From Synechocystis sp. PCC 6803 substr. PCC-P (GTDB taxonomy: Bacteria > Cyanobacteriota > Cyanobacteriia > Cyanobacteriales > Microcystaceae): DNA of 32,000 nt. Every line of letters starts with the position of its first letter. Positions within the stretch are counted from its first letter, which is position 1. The notes beneath the pieces are model-generated. The model was not told the origin of the DNA. It saw only the letters and a program-made list of their open reading frames with translations, and made no database searches. The translations under genes were made by a program, and so were the position numbers. The DNA lies in contig NC_017039.1 in NCBI RefSeq assembly GCF_000284455.1, forward strand, positions 3,390,001-3,422,000, read 5' to 3'. Shown piece by piece: positions 9,546 to 17,398 of this stretch.

Positions 9546-9572
9546 ATATTAGCGAATCCCAGTAGAAAAACC

Positions 9573-10016
9573 TTACTTAAAATATTTTTGTTTGGCAATA
9601 ATTTTCATGACTTTTAACAATAAAGCTAAATCATGATCCTTGGCAAAAACGCCGTCAATTTGGGGCAGGTAACTGCGAGCTTGTACCGTGATCTGACTGT
9701 CGGCACAATCCGTAATTAGTAGTAGGGCCGGCGGCTTAGCAGACAATTTTTTAATAATGGTCACTAAATCTAAAGTAGCTGAAATATCAATTGATTCATA
9801 TTTAATCCCGCAACCAACTAGGATCGAATGATATTCTCCAACGTCAACATTGTTAAACAAAATATCTTGGAAGTTGATAGCAGAAATTTCAAAACTTGGA
9901 CATAAAAATCGCTTGACTGATTGATACCACTGCCGATCCATTTCTAGGATACCAATTTTTGCCTTCGTTTTCTTGCAGGTCAGGGCAGAGGCTTTTTTAC
10001 CGGCTAGTTTCAACAT
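9573..10016 (-). CDS. Hypothetical protein with a CheY-receiver-like pattern that lacks the phospho-acceptor Asp
   Basis: 147-aa ORF between cpcG2 and ccaS on the same strand. The alternating beta/alpha pattern is KIGILEMD.., YHSILVGCG (Asp position replaced), ALLLITD (Thr kept), VFAKDHD (Lys kept). Assigned by eye only. Confidence 0.5.
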   Translation of the reverse strand: MLKLAGKKASALTCKKTKAKIGILEMDRQWYQSVKRFLCPSFEISAINFQDILFNNVDVGEYHSILVGCGIKYESIDISATLDLVTIIKKLSAKPPALLLITDCADSQITVQARSYLPQIDGVFAKDHDLALLLKVMKIIAKQKYFK

Positions 10017-10130
10017 TGGAGTCTGGCCTCAAATACAAAGTCTGCAAAGTCTCGAAATATTAAACCAGAGAATAAATAATTAAACGCCAAAATATTTCTA
10101 GCAAAAACCCCAGTTATTAAACCGCCTAAG

Positions 10131-10148
10131 TCCCCCAGGAAAGGGGGA
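10131..10148 (-). terminator. GC stem-loop downstream of cpcG2 (possible partial terminator or RNA-stability element)
   Basis: TCCCCC-AGGAAA-GGGGGA, a 6-bp perfect stem with a 6-nt loop, about 55 nt after the cpcG2 stop. No clean U-tract follows on the minus strand, so read-through into the downstream ORFs is plausible. Confidence 0.3.
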
Positions 10149-10200
10149 TATAACAGTATAGATTTTGTCAGCCTTCAGCTTGGCTTTACCGTCAAAAAAA

Positions 10201-10950
10201 CTACAACCCAATAATGCCCCAAGCACTAAGGGCAACGGCAATTATCCCTAAACTGACTAACGCCCCTCCGACGTAAAGCACGACTTTCCCTGCTAGATAA
10301 ACCCCGGCGGGATAGGGTTGCTTTTGCCATTCCCAACGGTAAGTTAACGGAGCTTGGTTGCGGAAGTAGCCGATCGCCTCTAATTTTTCCCGATGATCAG
10401 CACCGTAACGGGGCATCCGGGCAAAGGGTAACTCACCACTAATCCGTTGGGGCAGAATGCGCCGCCGTTGATAGGGCACAGTATCGTAGCCAAAGTTTTC
10501 TAAATATTCTTGACTATTGAGCAGTTCGTTGATGAAGCCAGGTAACCCTTTAGTGGCGATCACAATGGACCAAGCAATTTTTTCTTCTTCACTATAAACA
10601 TCTCGACCCAGTAATCGTTGAATACACATTTGTACAAAACGATAATTATTATTTACTTCAAAATTGCGACGACGAAAGCTATCCGAAAGAGCTAGACCAC
10701 GGATAAAATCCCGCACGGTAATTTGCTGATTTTTGAATTGGGATTCTAAGGCAATCTGCCGATTACTTTGAATCATTTGTTGCTCGTTGAACACCTGACG
10801 ATAGGCTGCGGCGATCAGATTATCCATGGCAGAGGGAGAAAGGGTGCCCTCCGTGGTGAAAATACGAGCGTGTTCATCTCCAGAGACTTCGTAGTTGGTA
10901 ACCCGTTGATTCTGACTAACGGGAGCATAAGCAATTAAAGGCAGTGTCAT
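10201..10950 (-). CDS. cpcG2: Phycobilisome rod-core linker CpcG2 (CpcL type, membrane-anchored)
   Basis: 249-aa ORF. Carries a PBS-linker domain ([21 protein letters not shown].., [35 protein letters not shown]). The hydrophobic C-terminal segment [27 protein letters not shown] is characteristic of CpcL rather than CpcG1. Confidence 0.92.
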   Translation of the reverse strand: MTLPLIAYAPVSQNQRVTNYEVSGDEHARIFTTEGTLSPSAMDNLIAAAYRQVFNEQQMIQSNRQIALESQFKNQQITVRDFIRGLALSDSFRRRNFEVNNNYRFVQMCIQRLLGRDVYSEEEKIAWSIVIATKGLPGFINELLNSQEYLENFGYDTVPYQRRRILPQRISGELPFARMPRYGADHREKLEAIGYFRNQAPLTYRWEWQKQPYPAGVYLAGKVVLYVGGALVSLGIIAVALSAWGIIGL

Positions 10951-11062
10951 AGATAAAGTTAGTAATTAAACTTAAAAGTTGTTTAATGTCCAGCCAATAA
11001 CTGGTATGTGTTGGCATTAAAAATGCGATCCTAACAAAGTAAAATTGAAGAAAAGGGGGAGA

Positions 11063-11084
11063 AAATCGTAAAGAAATCGGAAAG
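11063..11084 (-). promoter_or_regulatory. G-box: two tandem 11-bp direct repeats, the probable CcaR binding site of the cpcG2 promoter
   Basis: The minus strand reads CTTTCCGATTT (11084-11074) directly followed by CTTTACGATTT (11073-11063). Both fit the published G-box consensus CTTTNCNATTT. The repeats lie in the 238-bp ccaR-cpcG2 divergent spacer, about 113 bp upstream of the cpcG2 ATG. Confidence 0.7.
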
Positions 11085-11188
11085 TTAGCTGATGCGACTA
11101 AAACTGTTACATTTCGCAACATGAATTAACCCAGACCTGTTCACCCCTTCAGGTAAGCTGAGGTTGATAGAGAAAAGCACAATGGGCT

Positions 11189-11893
11189 ATGAGAATTCTT
11201 TTAGTGGAGGATGATTTGCCGCTGGCGGAAACCCTTGCTGAAGCATTGAGTGACCAGCTTTACACCGTTGATATTGCCACCGACGCTTCCCTCGCCTGGG
11301 ACTATGCCTCCCGACTGGAATATGACCTCGTTATTTTGGATGTGATGCTGCCGGAGTTGGACGGGATTACCCTCTGTCAAAAATGGCGATCGCACAGTTA
11401 TTTAATGCCAATTTTGATGATGACAGCCAGGGATACGATCAATGATAAAATCACGGGCTTGGATGCGGGGGCGGATGATTATGTGGTCAAGCCAGTGGAT
11501 TTGGGGGAGTTATTTGCCAGGGTGCGAGCTTTGTTGCGTCGGGGTTGTGCAACGTGCCAACCAGTTTTAGAGTGGGGGCCAATCAGGTTGGATCCAAGCA
11601 CCTATGAAGTTAGTTATGACAATGAGGTTTTGTCTTTGACCCGCAAGGAATACAGCATTCTGGAATTACTACTCCGCAATGGCCGTCGGGTGCTAAGTCG
11701 GAGCATGATTATCGATAGTATCTGGAAGTTGGAGAGTCCCCCAGAGGAAGATACGGTTAAGGTGCATGTGCGGAGTTTGCGACAAAAATTAAAAAGTGCC
11801 GGTTTATCAGCAGATGCCATTGAAACGGTCCATGGCATTGGGTATCGTCTGGCCAATTTAACGGAAAAATCTTTGTGCCAAGGGAAAAACTAG
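11189..11893 (+). CDS. ccaR: OmpR-family response regulator CcaR
   Basis: 234-aa ORF. The receiver has MRILLVEDD, LVILDVMLPELDG and DDYVVKP. The C-terminal winged helix has LTRKEYSILELL.. and VHGIGYRL. It is divergent from cpcG2 across the G-box spacer. Confidence 0.9.
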   Translation: MRILLVEDDLPLAETLAEALSDQLYTVDIATDASLAWDYASRLEYDLVILDVMLPELDGITLCQKWRSHSYLMPILMMTARDTINDKITGLDAGADDYVVKPVDLGELFARVRALLRRGCATCQPVLEWGPIRLDPSTYEVSYDNEVLSLTRKEYSILELLLRNGRRVLSRSMIIDSIWKLESPPEEDTVKVHVRSLRQKLKSAGLSADAIETVHGIGYRLANLTEKSLCQGKN

Positions 11894-12024
11894 CCCTGAA
11901 AACCATGGTTACTCATGCAAGAATCCGTTCACTCGTTCACGCCCCTTTCTGAGAGCTAGTTTCTAAAGTAAAAATTAAGAGGTAATACGAGAAAGCATTA
12001 TACGGATGAGGGCACCATAAATTA

Positions 12025-12995
12025 TTGCTTCACTTATTTCGGTATAAAGTTCGTAATCCTTGCTTAATCGCCGATAGCGATTTAATCAGCCAAACGAAAT
12101 CAGTCATGGCTTACGATCTTGATTTACGCATTAAGGTTATAGTTTTCATCGAGAGTGGTGGTGGAATCACAAAGGCTTCGAAAACATTTAGGGTGGGCAG
12201 AGCAACAGTTTATCGCTGGTTGGGCAGAGAAGAGCTTGCGGCAACGAAAGTGGAGAACCGTCAGCGTAAGATAAACAGAAAAGAATTAGAAGAGGATGTG
12301 AAAAATAATCCTGATATGCTTCTAAAAGAAAGAGCTAAAAAATTTGGTGTGACTTCTGCTTCACTCAGTTATCAATTCAAAAAAATGAAGATTACTAGAA
12401 AAAAAACAGTTACTTTATCAAGAGAGGGATGCCCAAAAGCGAGCAGAATATCAAAAAATCTTGAGGCAGTTAGTTTTAATATACGGTATTGAAAGTCTAG
12501 TATTCATAGACGAAGCTGGTTTTGAGAAATTTGCATCCTCACTTTATGGATGGTCTAAAAAGGGAGAAAGAGTATATGGAGAAAAGCAGGGGAAAAGAGG
12601 GAAAAAAGAAAATCTTGTAGCGAGAAAAAGAAAAATGCAAAAAGACTTGATAGCGCCGATGTTATTCACCGGAAGCTTAAATACAACAGGTTTTGAAGGA
12701 TGGCTTAAATTCTTTTTAATACCAACATTAACAATGAAATCAATCTTGATTATGGATAACCCCCCCCCCATTCATCGAAAAAATAAGATTAGAGAAATAG
12801 TGGAGTCCGCAGGACACATTATGTTATTTTTGCCAACTTATTCTCCAGACTTGAATGATATAGAGCATGATTTTAGTGCATTAAATAGAGCGAGAATGCA
12901 GGCAACTCCTGATACTAGTATAGATAAATTTATTCAAGATCACTGCATAGTCTAATGTCTCATAGTTATGCTAATCAGCTATGCTAGCCTATGAC
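12025..12995 (+). mobile_element. IS630/Tc1-mariner family insertion sequence (ISY100-like); ends approximate
   Basis: Contains an IS630-type DDE transposase split over two frames. It is visibly AT-richer than its flanks and has no HIP1 site. It sits between the convergent 3' ends of ccaR and leuC. I could not define the terminal inverted repeats by eye, so the boundaries are only bracketed by the ORF limits. Confidence 0.7.
12106..12955 (+). pseudogene. IS630-family transposase, frameshifted (orfA 12106-12492, continuation in the +1 frame to 12955)
   Basis: ATG at 12106 (MAYDLDLRIKVI.. HTH, GRATVYRWL). The reading frame changes at the A8 run 12399-12406. Frame 1 gives ..KKMKITRKKT and then terminates at 12492. 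Frame 2 reads ..KKQLLYQERDAQKRAEYQKILRQLVLIYGIESLVFIDEAGF.. on to the DDE core (LIMDNPPPIH.., YSPDLNDIEHDFSALNRA). Confidence 0.75.
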
Positions 12996-13059
12996 AAAGC
13001 AGCCCCCCCTCGATGGTGATTGTTTGGTCGGATGAAGATGAATGTAATAAGCAATCAAA

Positions 13060-14466
13060 TTAGCCTAGTACTTCCCGCACATCAGCTACTTGCCCCGTAA
13101 TGGCCGCCGCCGCGACCATCGCTGGACTCATTAACAAAGTACGGCCAGAGGCAGAACCCTGACGACCCTTAAAGTTACGGTTGGAAGAGGAAGCACTCAG
13201 TTGATCACCCTGGAGTTTGTCGGGGTTCATGGCCAAACACATGGAACAGCCTGCTTCTCGCCATTCAAAACCCGCCGCTTGGAAAATTTGATCTAGCCCT
13301 GCTGCTTCGGCCTGTTGCTTGACTTGTTCGGAACCGGGCACCACAAAAGCTTTTACCCCGGCCGCTACCTGGTGACCCTTGGCTACCTTAGCGGCTTCCT
13401 CCAGGTCGCTCAAACGACCATTGGTGCAACTACCAATGAAACAAACATCGACCTTGGTGCCTTTCAGCGGTTGTCCCGGCTGGAATTGCATATATTTGTA
13501 GGCTTCGCTGGCGATCGCCTGATCATCGGGGTTGAGGCTGTCAAGGGTAGGAACCGGCTCACTGATGCCAATGCCTTGGCCGGGGGTAATGCCCCAGGTA
13601 ACGGTGGGTTCAATGTCCTCTGCCCGGAAGGAAACCACATCGTCGTACACCGCATCGGGTTCACTGGCAATACTGCGCCACCATTGCACTGCCTTGTCCC
13701 AATCTTCCCCTTGGGGAGCAAACTCCCGCCCTTTGAGGTATGCAAAAGTTACTTCATCTGGGTTGATATAGCCGCAGCGAGCTCCCCCCTCAATGGACAT
13801 ATTACAAACGGTCATGCGTTCTTCCATATTCATGGCGACAAAGGTTGATCCGGCATACTCATAGGCATAGCCCACCCCGCCCTTAACGCCCAATTTGCGG
13901 ATAATGTGGAGAATCACGTCCTTGGCGTAGACCCCAGGGGCTAAATCACCGTTAACCTCAATTTTTCTTACTTTTAACTTATTTAAGCTCAAACTCTGGG
14001 CTGCCAACACGTCCCGCACTTGGGAAGTGCCAATGCCAAAGGCGATCGCCCCGAAGGCCCCGTGGGTAGAAGTGTGAGAATCGCCACAGGCAATGGTCAT
14101 ACCTGGTTGGGTTAGGCCCTGTTCCGGGGCAATGACATGGACAATGCCTTGATTGCCGGAGCCAATGGGATGGAAGCGAATATTATGGGCTTTGGTATTA
14201 ACCTCCAACGCTTGCATCATTTCTTCAGCTAAGGAATCCTGGAAAGGCCGTTGCTGATTTTCCGTCGGCACAATGTGGTCCACCGTAGCCACCGTTCTTT
14301 CTGGATACATAACCCGCAACCCCCGCTCTTTCAGCATGGCAAAGGCCTGGGGACTGGTGACTTCGTGGATCAGGTGCAACCCGATGAAGAGTTGGGTTTG
14401 ACCCGATGGCAAAACACTGATGGTGTGGAGATCCCAAACTTTGTCAAATAAGGTTCTTGCGCTCAT
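13060..14466 (-). CDS. leuC: 3-isopropylmalate dehydratase large subunit
   Basis: 468-aa ORF starting [14 protein letters not shown]. Carries aconitase-family motifs [24 protein letters not shown] and [11 protein letters not shown] (Fe-S cysteine ligands). Confidence 0.95.
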   Translation of the reverse strand: MSARTLFDKVWDLHTISVLPSGQTQLFIGLHLIHEVTSPQAFAMLKERGLRVMYPERTVATVDHIVPTENQQRPFQDSLAEEMMQALEVNTKAHNIRFHPIGSGNQGIVHVIAPEQGLTQPGMTIACGDSHTSTHGAFGAIAFGIGTSQVRDVLAAQSLSLNKLKVRKIEVNGDLAPGVYAKDVILHIIRKLGVKGGVGYAYEYAGSTFVAMNMEERMTVCNMSIEGGARCGYINPDEVTFAYLKGREFAPQGEDWDKAVQWWRSIASEPDAVYDDVVSFRAEDIEPTVTWGITPGQGIGISEPVPTLDSLNPDDQAIASEAYKYMQFQPGQPLKGTKVDVCFIGSCTNGRLSDLEEAAKVAKGHQVAAGVKAFVVPGSEQVKQQAEAAGLDQIFQAAGFEWREAGCSMCLAMNPDKLQGDQLSASSSNRNFKGRQGSASGRTLLMSPAMVAAAAITGQVADVREVLG

Positions 14467-14694
14467 GGTGGAAGTCTAGACAGGGCGATCGCCGAGGGAA
14501 AATGAATGGAGAATGGGGTGGTGGTCGTAGCGACTATCACCATCTTAGCCTGACCTGACAACCTGAACCTAGGAACAATAATGGAGAAAAATCCAGTCAA
14601 TTTGGTCTTAAAGTCTGGGAAATTAGGCTAGGATGTCACTCAGAGCTTGTCTGAAAACTCCCTCTGGCCCGCGACAAAGATTTGATTAATCCCT

Positions 14695-15960
14695 ATGAGT
14701 ACTATTTTAGTTGTCGAGGATGAAGCCATTATTCGGGAGTTAATTGGCGAAACCCTGAGTCTGGAAAATTATAAGATTCTAGAAGCAGAAAATGGGGCGG
14801 TGGCCCTGGGGCTGCTCAACTCCTTGGAGGTGATGCCCGACTTGATCATCTGTGATGTGATGATGCCGGAAATGGATGGCCATGGCTTGATTACAGCCCT
14901 GCAAAAGAACGCCAAAACCGCGGCTATTCCCTTCATTTTTCTGACAGCTCTGGGTACTATGCAGGATTTTCGTAAGGGCATGAATTCCGGCGCGGATGAT
15001 TACTTAATTAAGCCTTTTAAACAAGAAGATTTACTGAATGCGGTTAATAGCCGTCTGCAAAAACAAGCCAAGTTGTCAGCCTTTTATCAGGGGAGTATAT
15101 CTAGTTCCTTGACCGAGAGGCCACGCCGTTCTGGTACCATCGGTACACCGACCCTCACCCCGGATGAAGCGGAAATTTGGCGGGATTTAGAAGTGGGTTT
15201 AAACACTGGGCAAGTTTTTCTCTTCTACCAACCCAAAGTATCTATCCACAACCATTGTTTGGCCGGCTGTGAAGCCTTGATCCGTTGGCACCATCCCCGT
15301 AAAGGTTTTGTTTCGCCGGGACTTTTCATCCCGATCGCCGAAAAAACTGGCTTTATCAGCGTGGTGGGGGAATGGGTAATTGAAACAGTTTTACGTCAAT
15401 GTCAGCAATGGCAGTACCAAGGGCTGGACCCGATACAAGTGGCAATCAACATTTCTGCCCGACAATTCCATGGAGAAGACCTAATTTGCATTTTGCGGCT
15501 CGGCACCCATAAGTATGATGTCAGTCCCCAACAATTGGAAGTGGAATTAACCGAAACTTTGTTGGTGAAAAATGTCCAGGATTCCATTAAGCAGTTGAAT
15601 GAACTCCGGGCTGAGGGTTTCAGTGTGGCGATCGACGACTTTGGCACTGGTTACTCTTCCCTAAGTTATCTGCAGCAGTTCCCCTTTGATGTGCTGAAAA
15701 TAGATCAAAGCTTTGTGCGTCACATTGACAAAAACGCCAAGAATAAAACTATCACCGCCTCAATTATCAACCTAGCCCACGAACTAGAGTTGCGAGTAAC
15801 GGCTGAAGGGGTGGAAACCTGGGCAGAATACGATACCATTGCCCACATGGGGTGTGACGAGTTACAAGGCTATCTTTTTAGTCGTCCTCTGCCAGTGGCA
15901 GATTTCACCGAGTTGTTAAGCCGGGGCACGGATGTTCCTATTTTGCCCCTACGGCGCTGA
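14695..15960 (+). CDS. Response regulator with receiver plus EAL (c-di-GMP phosphodiesterase) domain
   Basis: 421-aa ORF. The REC domain has ILVVEDE, LIICDVMMPEMDG and DDYLIKPF. The EAL domain has an intact catalytic signature: CEALIRW, NISA, ELTE, DDFGTGYSSLSYL, KIDQSFV, EGVET and QGYLFSRP. Confidence 0.88.
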   Translation: MSTILVVEDEAIIRELIGETLSLENYKILEAENGAVALGLLNSLEVMPDLIICDVMMPEMDGHGLITALQKNAKTAAIPFIFLTALGTMQDFRKGMNSGADDYLIKPFKQEDLLNAVNSRLQKQAKLSAFYQGSISSSLTERPRRSGTIGTPTLTPDEAEIWRDLEVGLNTGQVFLFYQPKVSIHNHCLAGCEALIRWHHPRKGFVSPGLFIPIAEKTGFISVVGEWVIETVLRQCQQWQYQGLDPIQVAINISARQFHGEDLICILRLGTHKYDVSPQQLEVELTETLLVKNVQDSIKQLNELRAEGFSVAIDDFGTGYSSLSYLQQFPFDVLKIDQSFVRHIDKNAKNKTITASIINLAHELELRVTAEGVETWAEYDTIAHMGCDELQGYLFSRPLPVADFTELLSRGTDVPILPLRR

Positions 15961-15998
15961 CAGTTCAGTCAAGATGCGAAAAATTAAGCAGATTAATA

Positions 15999-17267
15999 AT
16001 GGTATTACACCAACAACGTTTCTCCCTCGACCATGGAGCTTTTTGTCAAACCTTAGCCCAAACTGAAAATTTACTCATTGTCCAAGACTTGGATGGGGTC
16101 TGCATGGAATTAGTGCAAGATCCCCTCAGTCGCCGCCTGGATGCCGATTATGTCCGGGCCACCACCCTGTTTGCTGAACATTTTTACGTGTTGACCAATG
16201 GGGAGCACGTGGGAAAAAGAGGAGTACAGGGCATTGTGGAACAATCCTTTGGGGATGCTTCCTTTGTGCAACAGGAAGGCCTATATTTGCCCGGTTTGGC
16301 GGCCGGGGGAGTGCAGTGGCAGGATCGCCATGGCAAAGTAAGTCATCCTGGAGTGGGGCAAACGGAGCTGGAGTTTTTAGCGGCGGTGCCCGAAAAAATC
16401 ACTAATTGTTTAAAAACCTTTTTTGGCGATCGCCCCCATTCCCTATCCCCAGAGCAATTACAAACGGGCATTGAAGCTTCGGTTTTAGATAATGTGGCTT
16501 CCCCCACCGCCAATTTAAATACCTTGGCCAATCTGTTACAAGACTTTCCGCAAATTTACCGAGATTTGCAGGAAACCATGGCTCAATTATTGGATCAGTT
16601 GATGGCGGAAGCCGTTGCCCAGGGTTTGGGGAATAGTTTTTTTGTCCACTATGCTCCCAATTTAGGTAGGGATGAACGAGGTAAGGAAATTATTCGTTGG
16701 GCCAAAGCTGGGGATTCCGGCACCACCGATTTTCAATTTATGTTGCGGGGTGGGGTCAAAGAAGCCGGGGTTTTGGCTTTGCTAAATCGTTACTATCACA
16801 ATCGGACAGGGCAATATCCTCTGGGAGAAAGTTTTAGTGCTCGCCAAGCGCCCCCATCCCACCAGGACTTGTTGCATTTGGTGAAAGCGCAATTTGATCC
16901 GGCCTTGATGCCGCTGATCATTGGAGTTGGGGATACGGTCACCAGTCAGGTGGATGAAGCTACCGGGGAAATTCGACGTGGCGGGAGCGATCGCCAATTT
17001 TTGCAATTAATCCAAGATTTGGGGGATTGGGGAAATCACGGTAACTTAGTGGTGTATGTGGACAGTTCCCAGGGGGAGGTGAAAAATCGCCAACCTCTAC
17101 AACTAGAAACCGTGGCGGGGCAAACCCAAGTGGTGGCTGGCCCTGGGGATATGCGGGACAGGGAAGAGCCATTGAAGATCAATGTGGCTTTTCCTGGTGG
17201 CCATGACCAATATGTAGCGGCGTTTAAGCAGGCGGCCCAGCGCCGAAGAGTCCATTTTTCCCAGTAG
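15999..17267 (+). CDS. stpA: Glucosylglycerol-phosphate phosphatase
   Basis: 422-aa ORF with an N-terminal HAD-like DxD (LLIVQDLDGVCME). The length and the immediately following ggtA match the known stpA-ggtA arrangement of Synechocystis. Confidence 0.85.
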   Translation: MVLHQQRFSLDHGAFCQTLAQTENLLIVQDLDGVCMELVQDPLSRRLDADYVRATTLFAEHFYVLTNGEHVGKRGVQGIVEQSFGDASFVQQEGLYLPGLAAGGVQWQDRHGKVSHPGVGQTELEFLAAVPEKITNCLKTFFGDRPHSLSPEQLQTGIEASVLDNVASPTANLNTLANLLQDFPQIYRDLQETMAQLLDQLMAEAVAQGLGNSFFVHYAPNLGRDERGKEIIRWAKAGDSGTTDFQFMLRGGVKEAGVLALLNRYYHNRTGQYPLGESFSARQAPPSHQDLLHLVKAQFDPALMPLIIGVGDTVTSQVDEATGEIRRGGSDRQFLQLIQDLGDWGNHGNLVVYVDSSQGEVKNRQPLQLETVAGQTQVVAGPGDMRDREEPLKINVAFPGGHDQYVAAFKQAAQRRRVHFSQ

Positions 17268-17298
17268 TTATGGTGGTGAAGCCATTCTCCGTGGTCGA

Positions 17299-17319
17299 AT
17301 TAAGTACCCATTAAGTACC
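17299..17319. repeat. Tandem direct repeat ATTAAGTACC with 11-bp period, in the stpA-ggtA spacer
   Basis: ATTAAGTACC at 17299-17308 and again at 17310-17319, separated by one base. Confidence 0.8.
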
Positions 17320-17350
17320 TAATCTCCGGGTAGTATGAACGGGGTTACAC

Positions 17351-17385
17351 CGGTTAGTTTTAACCGTTTGATTTTAATTTTTTGT
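17351..17385 (+). terminator. Candidate intrinsic terminator/attenuator after stpA
   Basis: CGGTTA-GTTT-TAACCG (17351-17366), a 6-bp stem with a 4-nt loop, followed by the T-rich TTTGATTTTAATTTTTTG. The stem is short and AT-containing, so termination is probably partial. Confidence 0.4.
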
Positions 17386-17398
17386 TGTATCGTAATTT

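Noticed and set aside
12025-12105. TTG-initiated N-terminal extension of the transposase orfA (MLHLFRYKVRNPCLIADSDLISQTKSV)
   Set aside because: IS630-family transposases start at the HTH region (MAYDLDLR...). The extension would run into what should be the left terminal repeat.
11940-13058. Attempt to define the IS terminal inverted repeats and TA duplication. Candidates were GCTAG-containing stretches near 11955 and 12985, ATAGCGATT (12074) versus ATAGCTGATT (rc of 12975), and AAATTATTGCTT (12019) versus AAGCAATCAAATT (13050)
   Set aside because: None of the pairings gave a convincing 20 bp or longer inverted repeat by eye, and the implied element lengths disagree. Alignment to another copy is needed, so I report only approximate ends.
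11063-17319. Whether the short tandem repeats (G-box 11063-11084, ATTAAGTACC 17299-17319) represent CRISPR or minisatellite arrays
   Set aside because: Each has only two units of 10-11 bp with no spacers, which is far below CRISPR repeat size and copy number. No cas genes are present.
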